A stretch of DNA of 64,000 nt from Sedimentisphaerales bacterium (GTDB taxonomy: Bacteria; Planctomycetota; Phycisphaerae; Sedimentisphaerales; SM23-30). Shown here in pieces: positions 27,784 through 38,305 of the stretch; positions within the stretch are counted from its first letter, which is position 1; each line of letters begins with the position of its first letter. Location of the stretch: positions 100,124-164,123 of the forward strand of contig CAXXFK010000019.1 of the NCBI GenBank assembly GCA_963663965.2, in the 5' to 3' direction. The notes below the pieces were generated by a model that was not told the origin of the DNA, did not search any database, and worked only from the letters and a program-made list of their open reading frames with translations. The translations under genes were made by a program, and so were the position numbers.

Positions 27784-29985
27784 ATGATTTTTGGATCGAC
27801 CCTATTTTTGTATTTATTACCACTGGCAGTACTGCCAGTGGTGTTTCATTTTCTGTTGAAGCAGAAGAAGCGTAAGCTGTTTTTTTCGACGTTGATGTTT
27901 TTTCACCGGACCGATCCGCGTTTGCATTCGCGGCGCCGGATTCGAGAATGGTTGATTTTAATGCTGCGGATGCTGTTGATTGCGCTGGTGTTGCTGGCGC
28001 TGGGCCGGCCGGTTTGGCGGCTGGGCAGCGCGGGTGGCGGTTCGGATCAGGTGATTGTGATTGACAATTCGGCATCGATGGCCGGCTTGAGTGTGGATGG
28101 GCAGAGCCGGTTGGCGCTGGCGTTGGATGGGGCGCGTAAATTGCTGACCGCGGGGAGCGCCGAGCGTACGATTCTGGCTACGACAGTGCCGGATGCGTTA
28201 TTGGCGTTTCCGGAGACATTTTCTTCGGACAGGGCTGACCTGATCGATCGACTGGAACGGATCCAGCCGACACATGGTGTGGGCGAACCGGGCCGGGCAG
28301 TGGAAAAGGCGATACAATGGCTGACGGATGGCCCGGCGGGAGGCGGGACAGTACATGTCTTTACGGATTTGCAGGAAAATGACTGGTCTGGATTTGAGCA
28401 ACTGAGCGGGCGGCTGCGGCCGGGGAACTGTGCCGTGGCGATCCATCGGATCGAGCCGATGATCCGGGACCAGGCCAACGGGGCGATTCGTGCGGTACAG
28501 GCGCCGCCGGGACGGTTACTGCCCAGGCATACCTATTCGGTAGGGTTCACGATTCAGAATACCAGCGGGTATCCGCTCAAGGCGGATTTGAATCTGCTGG
28601 ACAGTGAGGGTGTGAGCCGGCGGGAGAGTGTGACGATCCAGGCGCATCTGGCCCGGACGGTTTATGCCGATATGGAGTTGCGTGAGCCGGCGGTTGCGGT
28701 GGGCGCTGAAGACAGCGCGGAAGGATTCTACTGGATGCGGGCCTGGCTGGAGGGGGACAGCTTTGCCGGGGATAATGAAGCGAGCGCGGTGCTGTATTGT
28801 TCACCCCGGGCAAAGGTTTTGCTGGTGGGCAAGCCGGGAGATTTCGGGGTGTTGCCGATGGCGTTATCGCCGGGTGGAGCGGGTAATTTTACCGGGTTGG
28901 TAACGGTGAATTGTGAGTTGGATGCGTTGGCCGGCCGGATCGAAAATGAGCGGCCGGTGATGGTGGTGATAAGCTGGGAATCAGCAAAGGCATTGAAAGA
29001 TCAGGCGGAGAGCACGTTTTTACTGGATACGATCCGTAGCGGCGTGAATCTGTTGATTACACCCGCTGCCGATGAAAAGGAAGTCGTTGGCGGTGACCTG
29101 CTGACCGGTTGGCTGGGAGCGGAACTGTATGGGGGCAAGGAAAACGAGAATGGAATCCGGATCAGCACTCTGGAGCGGCGGGCGCGCTTCTGGCAGGATG
29201 CCACAATGCAGCAACGCAGCGGTGCGACCCTGGCGGACGCGTTTAATCAGGAGAGTATCCGGGCACTGCGCTGGTATCCGTTGCGATTGACGGCGCGTTA
29301 CGATCCATTACTGGGCAGCGGGTATGACAATGTGGTGCTGGCTGAACGGCGAATGGATCAGGGGATGATTTATCTTTCGGGTCTGGGTTTTGACCGGGCC
29401 TGGAGCAACCTGCCGGCGTCGGGGTTGATGGTGATCCTGGCACAGCGGATGGCCCTGTCGAGCCTGGCCCGGACCGAACTGGCGCCGCGTGTTTATGCCA
29501 TGGCGGCCGGGTCGACAGCCGCGACAGCGGAGATGGCTGGTGAGGGGCAGGTGGTTTCGCTGGCGGGCGATTCGCTGGAATGGCATGGTCCGCTCGATGG
29601 ACTGGCGGGAATCGCGCGCAGTGGAGTTTATCTAGTGGCGGCTGGCGATGAGAAATATTGTCTGGCGGTGCAGGCGGACAGTCAGGAGGGGGTGGATAAT
29701 TATTACGATGTGACGGGCGGGAATGAATTGAAGGTGGATCATACCTACTGCCTGGTGCGGCCTTACAGTATTGAGGCGCTGGGGCGACCGGATCTGCTGG
29801 CCCAGATCGGGGCGGTTGATTTGTTTGTGCCGATGTTGATCCTGGCGGCGCTGGCATTGATTGGAGAAGGATTACTGGCCAATCCCAGGATTCGTCGTCA
29901 GTCGGAAACGGCGCCGGCGGGGGTATGGCATCGGATGGATGTGGAGACCGTCCAACCGGCGGAACCAGCAGGGGAGGTGGTGTGA
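27784..29985 (+). CDS. BatA-type N-terminal membrane anchor plus vWA domain protein
   Basis: LPVVFHF...FSTLMF...LRML...LALGRP; DNSASM MIDAS; VFTDLQ; C-terminal TM. Confidence 0.88.
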   Translation: MIFGSTLFLYLLPLAVLPVVFHFLLKQKKRKLFFSTLMFFHRTDPRLHSRRRIREWLILMLRMLLIALVLLALGRPVWRLGSAGGGSDQVIVIDNSASMAGLSVDGQSRLALALDGARKLLTAGSAERTILATTVPDALLAFPETFSSDRADLIDRLERIQPTHGVGEPGRAVEKAIQWLTDGPAGGGTVHVFTDLQENDWSGFEQLSGRLRPGNCAVAIHRIEPMIRDQANGAIRAVQAPPGRLLPRHTYSVGFTIQNTSGYPLKADLNLLDSEGVSRRESVTIQAHLARTVYADMELREPAVAVGAEDSAEGFYWMRAWLEGDSFAGDNEASAVLYCSPRAKVLLVGKPGDFGVLPMALSPGGAGNFTGLVTVNCELDALAGRIENERPVMVVISWESAKALKDQAESTFLLDTIRSGVNLLITPAADEKEVVGGDLLTGWLGAELYGGKENENGIRISTLERRARFWQDATMQQRSGATLADAFNQESIRALRWYPLRLTARYDPLLGSGYDNVVLAERRMDQGMIYLSGLGFDRAWSNLPASGLMVILAQRMALSSLARTELAPRVYAMAAGSTAATAEMAGEGQVVSLAGDSLEWHGPLDGLAGIARSGVYLVAAGDEKYCLAVQADSQEGVDNYYDVTGGNELKVDHTYCLVRPYSIEALGRPDLLAQIGAVDLFVPMLILAALALIGEGLLANPRIRRQSETAPAGVWHRMDVETVQPAEPAGEVV

Positions 29986-32315
29986 TGGGATTGTTGCGCT
30001 GGCGAGGTCAGATCGATCCATTAATCCTGACGATTATCGTTCTGGTATTAATTGGACTGGTGGTATTGATTTATCGCCGTCAGGTCGGGTTGCGGCCTTT
30101 GCGGAATACCTTGTTATTGACGATACCCAAAGCATTGATTGCGGTCTGTCTGATCATGGCCTGCCTGGATCCGGTCTGGAGTATTTTGAAACCGCCGGAG
30201 ACCAATAAGAAAATTCTGATTGTGACCGATACCTCCTCATCAATGGCGGTGCAGGATCGCTATCAACTGAGTCGGCAGAGCCGGGCAGGTGATCTGGAAA
30301 AGCGGCTGATGGACCGGCTAAACAATTATATCCAGTTTGAGACGCTGGAATTTGATACAAGTTTGCATGAACCGGATAAGCAAAGGCAGAACCCTGAGCA
30401 ATTACGCAATACCGACCTGGGCAAGTGTCTGGTGGATCTGGCGGAACGGAAGGATATCGGTTCGTATAAAGCGGTCCTGCTGGTGACCGATGGCGGCGAT
30501 GAACGAATTCAGAATCCACGGTTGCCACAGGCGGCGGTTTATGTGGCCGGGATCGGAACGGATGTGGAACATTGTAACGATTTGTCACTGACGGGACTGG
30601 AGCATCCGGCCTCGGTGGAGGAGCAGAGCGATTTCGATGTGACGGTGGATCTGGCAGCCTGGTGCGCGGCGGATTTTCCAGATCGGAACCAGCAGCTAAG
30701 CGGGCAGGATACCGATTTTGCCAATCGGGCCCGAGAGGTGATGGTGCGACTGGAGGAGCAGGTGGAGAGCCGCTGGGTTGACCGGGGCCAGAGTAAGGCG
30801 GCCATGGATGGCAGCGGCCCGCGCCGGGGCCGGATTTCGTTTCGGGTGAAGAGTCCGCGCCGGGACGATCAAAAAGAGGATACGCAGGCTGCGTCGGTGG
30901 TCCGGTCATTTCGGGTGCGGATACCGGAATCGGAAGGTGAATTTTCGAGCCTGAATAACGAGCGGACATTTACCGTGGAACAGACCGCACGCACACTGCA
31001 TGTGTTGTTTTATGCCCATGAAATCGGTTGGGATTTTAATACGATCCGTAAGGAACTGGCCCAGGATCCGGCGATCGCGCTGACGGCGCTGTTTCGTTTG
31101 AGCGGCGGGCGGGTGGAGCGGTATGTGGTGCAGGGTGACCGGCAGGAAGGGGATGAGAGTTTGAACCAGGGATTTCCGGCCAGGGTTGAGGTTTTGAACC
31201 AGTATAAATGTATTATTCTGGGTTCGTTTCCGGCGCAGGGCTGGACGGAGGATCAGATGGGTGCGCTGACGGAGTATGTCAAAGAGGGTGGGGCGGTAGT
31301 ATTTCTGGGTGGTGATTATTCGTTTGGACGGGGTGGGTATGGCACGACGGCGCTGGCAGGTTTGATGCCCTGGCAGATCCGCGCGGATGAACCAGCCTTG
31401 AAGGCGGGCCGGTTTCCGGTGAGTGTGGCGGTGGAGGCGCTGGACCATAGTCTGATCGCAGAGGCGGGCAGCCGGATCCAGGATGCCGGGTCGGAGGCCG
31501 TGTTGGAGAGCGTCAATCAGCCGGGCCCGTTGCGAACCGGCGCGATGGCATTGCTGGAGACGACGGTGGGTAATGAACCGGTGGCCGTGGTGGCGTTACA
31601 GCAGTATGGCCAGGGACGGACGCTGGGAATCGCGACCAATACCTTCTGGCGCTGGACCCGGTCAGGCCCGGCGCTGGCGGAGGCGTACGGTCATTTCTGG
31701 CGTCAGGCAGTCCGGTATCTGACAGGCGAGGAAGAAGGCGGCCGGATGATATCGGTACGCTGGGATCAGCCCTATTACAGTCCGGGCGAGCAGGCCGAGC
31801 CGACGATCCGGCTGGCCGGGGGACAGGATGCCGGGCAGGTGCATTTGCGGGCGGCGCTGACGTATAAAGGAGAAAAGCAAGCATTGACCTTGCAGTCGGT
31901 CGTGGGGAATACGCGGCAGTTTACTGTGAAAGTGCCGTTTGGTGAGAAAGGGGATTACCTGTTTCGGCTGGAGGCGCTGGCCGGACAGGATATTGTGAGT
32001 GGCGGTGGGGAGGCTGAGCCGCTGGAATATTATGAAAAAACCCTGACGGTGGGTGGAAGGCTGAATGAGGGGGCGAATCTGGAGATTACGCCGGCAACCC
32101 ACGCGTTTCTGGAGAACCTGGCAACCCAGGGCGGGGGGCGTTATTTCCGGGAGGATCATCAGGATCTGCTGTTTGATGAACTGGAGTCGCTGGTGCTGGC
32201 GGATGCAGTGACGATGGAGATTCCGCTGGTTGAGCATCGGTTTGTGTACCTGGGGATCGTAATGACGATTTTGATGGTGGAATGGTTTGTACGGCGCAGG
32301 ATGAATTTGATATAA
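29985..32315 (+). CDS. Membrane protein with vWA and glutamine-amidotransferase-like domains
   Basis: Two N-terminal TMs; DTSSSM, LVTDGG, YVKEGGAVVFLGG, QYGQGR...WRW; C-terminal EWFVRRR. Its ATG overlaps the upstream stop. Confidence 0.82.
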   Translation: MGLLRWRGQIDPLILTIIVLVLIGLVVLIYRRQVGLRPLRNTLLLTIPKALIAVCLIMACLDPVWSILKPPETNKKILIVTDTSSSMAVQDRYQLSRQSRAGDLEKRLMDRLNNYIQFETLEFDTSLHEPDKQRQNPEQLRNTDLGKCLVDLAERKDIGSYKAVLLVTDGGDERIQNPRLPQAAVYVAGIGTDVEHCNDLSLTGLEHPASVEEQSDFDVTVDLAAWCAADFPDRNQQLSGQDTDFANRAREVMVRLEEQVESRWVDRGQSKAAMDGSGPRRGRISFRVKSPRRDDQKEDTQAASVVRSFRVRIPESEGEFSSLNNERTFTVEQTARTLHVLFYAHEIGWDFNTIRKELAQDPAIALTALFRLSGGRVERYVVQGDRQEGDESLNQGFPARVEVLNQYKCIILGSFPAQGWTEDQMGALTEYVKEGGAVVFLGGDYSFGRGGYGTTALAGLMPWQIRADEPALKAGRFPVSVAVEALDHSLIAEAGSRIQDAGSEAVLESVNQPGPLRTGAMALLETTVGNEPVAVVALQQYGQGRTLGIATNTFWRWTRSGPALAEAYGHFWRQAVRYLTGEEEGGRMISVRWDQPYYSPGEQAEPTIRLAGGQDAGQVHLRAALTYKGEKQALTLQSVVGNTRQFTVKVPFGEKGDYLFRLEALAGQDIVSGGGEAEPLEYYEKTLTVGGRLNEGANLEITPATHAFLENLATQGGGRYFREDHQDLLFDELESLVLADAVTMEIPLVEHRFVYLGIVMTILMVEWFVRRRMNLI

Positions 32316-32438
32316 TGGATGTTGGATCTAATAGGTATGAACGTTCCTGATCGTTCACAAGATAAGCATTTACTTGTGGAGAACTGATATCACGGCCCAA
32401 CAGGCATTTTCATTTTAAAATGGTATCATGAGGCAATA

Positions 32439-33254
32439 ATGGATTCTAAAAGACATATCATTTTGAACCTGATTCGAGAAGGGGAAAGTATTTCCCTGGA
32501 ATTTAAAGAATGTCGTACCCGACTTAGCCGCGATGTCTATGAGACCGTATGTGCGTTTCTTAATCGACATGGCGGGACATTATTGTTGGGTGTGAATGAC
32601 CGCGGAGAGGTTATTGGCATTGATCCGGAACTAGTTGAGGGCGATATATTCAGGATTGTCATTCCGGTCACTCAGGACGGGGTGACAACAAGTGAAGAAA
32701 TAAACAAGTCGGGGCCAGAGTCGAGGCTAGAGTCAGAGCCAGAGTTGAGGCCCGAGTCACTGGAACGGCGTGTATTAGAGGTATTGATTGGCCATCGCTT
32801 GTCAAAAATTGAACTTGCCCGTGCTTTAGGTCATACCAGTGTATCGGGAGCGCTTAATCAGGTTGTTCGTAACCTGTTGTTAAAGAATGAGATCGAGTTT
32901 ACGATGCCTGAAAAGCCCCGCAGCCGGATGCAAAAATATCGATTAACTGAAAAAGGGCGGCAAGTTATGCGGACGATGCAAAAAACCAACCTGCAAACCC
33001 CTCCTCAAGTAACCCCACAAGTAAAAAGTATGTTAAAGATAATAACCAGAGACATGAGCCGAAAAGAAATACAAGATAAACTCGGTTTAAAAGACAGGTC
33101 TTCACTGTTTGAGAATTACTTAAATCCAGGACTGGAAGCAGGCTTGATTGAGAAGACACAACCCAATTCACCCAATAGTCCAACACAAAAATACCGCCTG
33201 ACTGCAAAGGGGCACCAGTTTATTTCCAGGATAGAAGAAAATGATAATTTATAA
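32439..33254 (+). pseudogene. Internally deleted Schlafen/AlbA_2 protein with two tandem winged-helix C-terminal tails
   Basis: GESISLEFKE...VCAFLNRHGGTLLLGVND is cut after about 63 aa; the tail motif P..P.S..QKYRLT.KG occurs twice; AT-rich. The frame is open, so it may still be translated. Confidence 0.6.
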
Positions 33255-34569
33255 GAACGCTAATATGTTTTGTGCTGGAATCAAGCGGAATAGACATATT
33301 ATTATCAGCTTGATTGTTTTAAGTTCCGTCATGGGTGCCAGTGGCGCTGAGCGTGTTAAGCGGATGGCGGCGGTTTATTATTCGGATGGGGCAGTGGAGA
33401 TGGGGAAGGTATCGTTACCGGCGGGGATCCGGTTTAAGTTGACGATACCGGAAGGGGGTTCGATCAGTACGACGGATATGATTACCGGGGAGGAAGTCAA
33501 ATATGGCAAGGCGCGGCTGTTCGACCTGTCAGGATTGCGTGAGTTGCAGTTTTACCCGGTGCGTGAGGAGATGCGTCGCGACTGGAAATTTGTGGGGAAA
33601 ACCCAATACAATGAAGAGACCGCGGAGGCCGATTACAGTCCGGCGCCGAAGGAATACAGCGGGGATCCTTATCCGTTGCGGTATCTGGAAACGGCGGTGG
33701 AGTTTGGCAGTGGAGAGACCATCAGCGGGCATCTGTATTCGGTGACGCTTTATCTGGAAATGGAGCCCGGGGCGGGAAGTGGAGAGGATGATTTTCTGGC
33801 GATGCGGCAGCGGCGGGTGGTGAAAAAGTTGCTGTTGACCAGTAAACAGCGGGGCGAGAAGAAGACCGGCTTAAAGGATCTGGTTTATATTGAGCGGATC
33901 CGTTTTCTGGATGCGGGACGAGACTTCGGCGCGGAAGTGAGGATTATGGCGCAGGGAGAGGCTGTGACTAAAGAGAATATGCTTCAGGCAGTCACCCGCG
34001 AAACACTGACACCGGCGCCGACCATCTGGGATGATCAAACCGGAGGGTTTGTCGTACGGGCGAGTCTGGGCGAGCCGTTTTATCTGGCGATGAAGGCTGA
34101 CGATTGTTATGTCGTTGGCTGGCCGGAGAAAAGCGATCCGGAACTGATGAAACTGGCGAAAGACCACCTGGAACGTCAGCGCGATTTTTACAACGATAAA
34201 AAACTGTTGGGGGCGATCTGGCTGGAAGAGGGTAAAGAAGTCCTGACGCTGGTGAATTTACGGCGACGGCACGCCGAAACGAATTTTGGCGAGATTGGCG
34301 GTGAGTGGGACAAGGAGGTGGGGGGTATTGTGGAACCATGGCGATTGAGTTTGTGGCGCTGGAAATATGACAGTCGGAATAAGGAGATGATTTTGACTGG
34401 ACGGGGGACATTTTATCGCAAGATCCTGCTGCCAGAGGAGCCGACGCCTGAGGTCGTGACAACACCGGCTTTATGGGCGCTGCCATATGATGAGCAGAAC
34501 CATACGGTTCGATTCGATAGTGAGGCTTTATTTAAAAGCATTCAGGTTAAGATGAAGGGCGATCGATAA
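33241..34569 (+). CDS. Secreted hypothetical protein of the MoxR cluster (start may be 33265)
   Basis: Long ORF with operon-like codon usage; signal-peptide-like IIISLIVLSSVMGASGA. Confidence 0.75.
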   Translation: MIIYKNANMFCAGIKRNRHIIISLIVLSSVMGASGAERVKRMAAVYYSDGAVEMGKVSLPAGIRFKLTIPEGGSISTTDMITGEEVKYGKARLFDLSGLRELQFYPVREEMRRDWKFVGKTQYNEETAEADYSPAPKEYSGDPYPLRYLETAVEFGSGETISGHLYSVTLYLEMEPGAGSGEDDFLAMRQRRVVKKLLLTSKQRGEKKTGLKDLVYIERIRFLDAGRDFGAEVRIMAQGEAVTKENMLQAVTRETLTPAPTIWDDQTGGFVVRASLGEPFYLAMKADDCYVVGWPEKSDPELMKLAKDHLERQRDFYNDKKLLGAIWLEEGKEVLTLVNLRRRHAETNFGEIGGEWDKEVGGIVEPWRLSLWRWKYDSRNKEMILTGRGTFYRKILLPEEPTPEVVTTPALWALPYDEQNHTVRFDSEALFKSIQVKMKGDR

Positions 34570-34571
34570 TC

Positions 34572-37500
34572 ATGGCGACGATATCAGTGAATCAACGTGA
34601 GATTTATCCCATTGTCAACCAGGCCAGGCAAACGCTTTGGCGGGCGCGGGTTTTGCTGGGGCTGCTGGCCTGGCTGGGAATGTGCCTGTCGGTCTGGCTG
34701 GTGTTATTCTGGCTGGATAATGTTCTGCACCTGCCGGCGGGGATGCGGCTGGCATTGTCGCTGGCAGGATTAGGAATGACTATCACCCTGTTGTGGCGTG
34801 ATTTGTTGCTGCCGATGGGTCAGAAGGAAGATCCGGCACGGGTGGCGCTGCTGCTGGAGCGGCATTACGGCATCCCGCAGAATCTGCTGATTAATTCATT
34901 GCAATTTGAAGGCCGGCAACAGCCCGGGAGTGCAATGAGTTTGCAGGCGGTTGAACGGCCGTTTGCCGCGCGTACGATCCTGTCAGCGGTGAAGTTAACG
35001 GCTGAAATGAATTTTCGGGATTTGTGGCAATTTCGCCGGGTCAGTGTCTGGCTGCTGGGGGTGCTGGCGCTGGGGACGTTGTGGGTGGGATATGTCATGG
35101 CGCAGGGACATCTGGCGGGAAATGCCTGGCAGCGTTTTTCGCGGCCGCTGGCGGATATTCCTCCGGTGGGTTCAGTACGGTTGGAGGTCAGTCCGGGCGA
35201 GGCTATTCAGATTCCCCAGGGGGATGACCTGGAGATTGTCGCGCGGCTGTCGGATTATCGTCCGGACGCGTTGCGACGCAAAGGGCTGCGGACGCATCCG
35301 CAGATTGTGTGGCTGGAAGATGGGGATTATGTTTCGCCGGATAGCGAACGGGATGGAGCTATTGCCATGCGGGCGGATGATAGCGAGTCGGGGGTGTATC
35401 GTTACCGGTTCAACCGGGTGCGGCGCCCGTTTGCGTTTCGGGTGTTTGCGGCGGATACTTACAGCCGCAGTATTCAGGTTGGAGTGAATACCGCCGCAAC
35501 GATGGCAGGTTCGCAGGTCTGGGTGACGCCACCGGCCTATACAGCCAGGGATGAGGCGCAGGCGGGTTCGCTGGCTGATACGATCGCGGTATTGCCGGGC
35601 AGTACGATTCGGGTGCGGGCGCGGTTAAGTAAAGCGGCGGAGGGTTTATGGTGGATCACTACGGCCGGAGAGCAGCCATTTAACCAGAAGGATGAAAAGG
35701 ACTGGTGGGAGTGTGGTTATGAAGTGGCTGGGAATGATACCTGGCAACTAATGGTAAAGGGGGTTGGCATTGACCGGCGGATTCAGATTGGTGAAGGAGC
35801 GATTAACCTGGTTCAGGACCGGGCGCCCCAGGTGGCCTTTGGGGGGAGTGGTAATTATCATGCTGATCCGGGTGAGCGCCTCAAGCTGGATTTGACGGCG
35901 CTGGATGATTATGGCCTGGCGTGGCTGCGCGTGACAATCCGGCCGGCCCGTACCGAGGAGACACCCACCGTGTTGAAAGAATGGGCCTGGTCTGATCTGC
36001 CGGGGCGACGGGAAGCGCTGAAGGAGCCGGTGGTGTTTTCGCTGGATAGCGACCGGTACGCGCCGGGAGAGAGCTATCTGGTGGAGGCTGTAGGCGCCGA
36101 TCACTGCCCGGAGGAGAACCGGGGAGAGGCGCGGCCGGTGTTGATTCAGATTCGCGCGATCAATGAGATGGAGAGCCCGGAATCCATGCGGGATGATGCT
36201 GCCTGGCGCGAGCTGGATGCGGCGATCGAGGCACAGCAATCGGCGTTGGGTACGAATCGGAATATCCAGTCGAACCTGGGGGAAATCGTTGCGGATAAAA
36301 AGGCGAACGAAGTACCCGGGCTGATTGGACAGCATGTTAACGAACTGGCTCGCCGGCAGGATAGTGTGGGTGGGCATTTGCGAGGGGCCTGGTCGATGAC
36401 ACGCGATCCGCGGCCGCAATTTGTGCAGAAAATGAAGGAACTGGAAGAAGTGGAGCATCAAAAGGTGTTGGATCTGATTCGGGATACCCGGTTTGATCCA
36501 CAGACAGGCGCGGGGGCGGTCGTGGATGATCTGCGGGCGGCAGAACGGTTGCAGAATTATATTTTGAGTCGTCTGGTGGCGTTGAAGGGGGATACGATCC
36601 AGGCGTATGAGGAGCGTCAGGCGCAGGCGCTGGGGGAGGCGGGTGCGGATCTGGCCGAAGAGACGCTGACTGAGACGATGAGTGAGAAGGCTGAGATTTT
36701 TATGGCGGAGCTGGAGAATTTTGTAGCGGGACAAAAAACGATCATGCACGAACGGGAGATGCTGCAGGAACGGGATGGGCAGGATTTCAGTCAGGCGGAT
36801 GAGGACCGATTTGAAGAGCTGGCGATCGATCAGTCGCGGCTGGCGGAGATTCTGGCCAGCGCGGTGAACGATTTTACCAATCTGGATATGCAGGATTTCG
36901 GCGATGACGCGATGGTGCATGACATGAAAACGATATTCGCTCACGCCGATGACCTGGCTGACGCGGCGGAGCAGGCGGCGGATGACCGTCAGGCGCGGGT
37001 GGACGCTTACCGGCTGGAAACGCAGGCGGTGGAGATGGCCGAAGAATTAATTATCAATTGTGAGGCGACTTTTGGGGGCAGTGACGATATTCAGTTTATC
37101 GCGGAAGTGGCTGAGGATGAGCAACTGGTCGCGCCGCTGGCGGAACTGCCGACGGAATTGGAGGATATGGTGGGCGATCTGGCGACGACGGCGGAGGATA
37201 TGCGGCCGGAGGTGGAAGACATCGGTTTTTATATGAATTCACTGGATCATACGGCCGGGCCGATCAGTGACGGGACTATTGCCAGTATGAGCGCCAAGGG
37301 GATGACGGGTAACCAGAAGCCGGAAGATAACATTATCCAGGGACGCAGCGGGGCCGGCCGAAGCGGCATGGCGGATGGACAGATGGTGGAGTCGGTGGCC
37401 AAGGATCTGACCGATAATGAATACGCCCTACGTGAACGAATGAGCGGAACGCCACTGGAATCGGGTCAGGTAAAAGATGAAGATGTGGGGGCACAGACGG

Positions 37501-37952
37501 GCGGTACGGGACTGGGTAAAACGTCGGATCAGGCCAGTCTATTCGGGCCGGGCGGGAAGTTGCCGCCGCAGATGCTGGAGCGGATGAAGGCGGTGCGTCA
37601 ACAGCAGCAAGCCATGTTGCAATCCGCCAATCAGGCGATCCCCCAGTTACAACGGCATAATCTTTCGGTGAAGGAATTGAAAGAAGCGATCGACGCGTTG
37701 AATCGATTTGATGAGGCACTGGAGCGCCGTGACGGAGTGGGGATCCGGTCGCATTACAGCGAGGCGGTTGATTCGCTGCAACGTTCGCGCGCACGAGTGG
37801 GGGAACAGATCGCGATTCAGTATCGACGCGATACCAGCCGGCCGAATCAGCTGGATAATCTGCTCTCGCAGCAGCAGGGCGGGCGTTATAAAGGGTATGA
37901 ACAGATGATTGGCGCCTATTTTGAGGCGATTTCTAAAGGCGGAGAGAAATGA
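34572..37952 (+). CDS. Large membrane-anchored protein (DUF4175-like): TMs, Ig-like domains and a long acidic helical region
   Basis: Three N-terminal TMs; VTPPAYT, DRAPQV and ALDDYGL motifs; C-terminal YEQMIGAYFEAI. Confidence 0.75.
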   Translation: MATISVNQREIYPIVNQARQTLWRARVLLGLLAWLGMCLSVWLVLFWLDNVLHLPAGMRLALSLAGLGMTITLLWRDLLLPMGQKEDPARVALLLERHYGIPQNLLINSLQFEGRQQPGSAMSLQAVERPFAARTILSAVKLTAEMNFRDLWQFRRVSVWLLGVLALGTLWVGYVMAQGHLAGNAWQRFSRPLADIPPVGSVRLEVSPGEAIQIPQGDDLEIVARLSDYRPDALRRKGLRTHPQIVWLEDGDYVSPDSERDGAIAMRADDSESGVYRYRFNRVRRPFAFRVFAADTYSRSIQVGVNTAATMAGSQVWVTPPAYTARDEAQAGSLADTIAVLPGSTIRVRARLSKAAEGLWWITTAGEQPFNQKDEKDWWECGYEVAGNDTWQLMVKGVGIDRRIQIGEGAINLVQDRAPQVAFGGSGNYHADPGERLKLDLTALDDYGLAWLRVTIRPARTEETPTVLKEWAWSDLPGRREALKEPVVFSLDSDRYAPGESYLVEAVGADHCPEENRGEARPVLIQIRAINEMESPESMRDDAAWRELDAAIEAQQSALGTNRNIQSNLGEIVADKKANEVPGLIGQHVNELARRQDSVGGHLRGAWSMTRDPRPQFVQKMKELEEVEHQKVLDLIRDTRFDPQTGAGAVVDDLRAAERLQNYILSRLVALKGDTIQAYEERQAQALGEAGADLAEETLTETMSEKAEIFMAELENFVAGQKTIMHEREMLQERDGQDFSQADEDRFEELAIDQSRLAEILASAVNDFTNLDMQDFGDDAMVHDMKTIFAHADDLADAAEQAADDRQARVDAYRLETQAVEMAEELIINCEATFGGSDDIQFIAEVAEDEQLVAPLAELPTELEDMVGDLATTAEDMRPEVEDIGFYMNSLDHTAGPISDGTIASMSAKGMTGNQKPEDNIIQGRSGAGRSGMADGQMVESVAKDLTDNEYALRERMSGTPLESGQVKDEDVGAQTGGTGLGKTSDQASLFGPGGKLPPQMLERMKAVRQQQQAMLQSANQAIPQLQRHNLSVKELKEAIDALNRFDEALERRDGVGIRSHYSEAVDSLQRSRARVGEQIAIQYRRDTSRPNQLDNLLSQQQGGRYKGYEQMIGAYFEAISKGGEK

Positions 37953-38022
37953 TGCGGTTGGCATGAATAGTCATTTTGTTATTCATTCACGCAGAGCTAC
38001 CGGCAATGACAAACCAAGCCCC

Positions 38023-38051
38023 TTGAAACAGATAATAAATCTTGTTATAAT
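38023..38051 (+). promoter_or_regulatory. Sigma70 promoter of the TA cassette (extended -10)
   Basis: TTGAAA-N17-TATAAT, with TG one base upstream of the -10. Confidence 0.7.
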
Positions 38052-38092
38052 TTGATTATTACACCAAATACCAGCTTAAGAAGGATAAATAT

Positions 38093-38305
38093 ATGCAGAT
38101 TGATAATGCCCTTATAGATCAGGCGTTAAAACTAAAACCTCAGGAAAAGCTCCTGATGGTAGAGCTATTAATGCAAAGTTTAGACAAACCCGATGAGCAG
38201 ATCGCTGAAATCTGGCTACAGGAAGCTGAGCGACGGTTGCACGCTTATCAATCGGGACATTGTAAAGGGATTCCAGTAGAAGAAGTATTTGGGGAACCTT
38301 TATGA
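38093..38305 (+). CDS. Addiction-module antitoxin (unstable antitoxin family)
   Basis: ALKLKPQEK...SLD...W.QEAERRL.AY..G...GIP.EEVF pattern; upstream of a RelE/ParE gene. Confidence 0.88.
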   Translation: MQIDNALIDQALKLKPQEKLLMVELLMQSLDKPDEQIAEIWLQEAERRLHAYQSGHCKGIPVEEVFGEPL

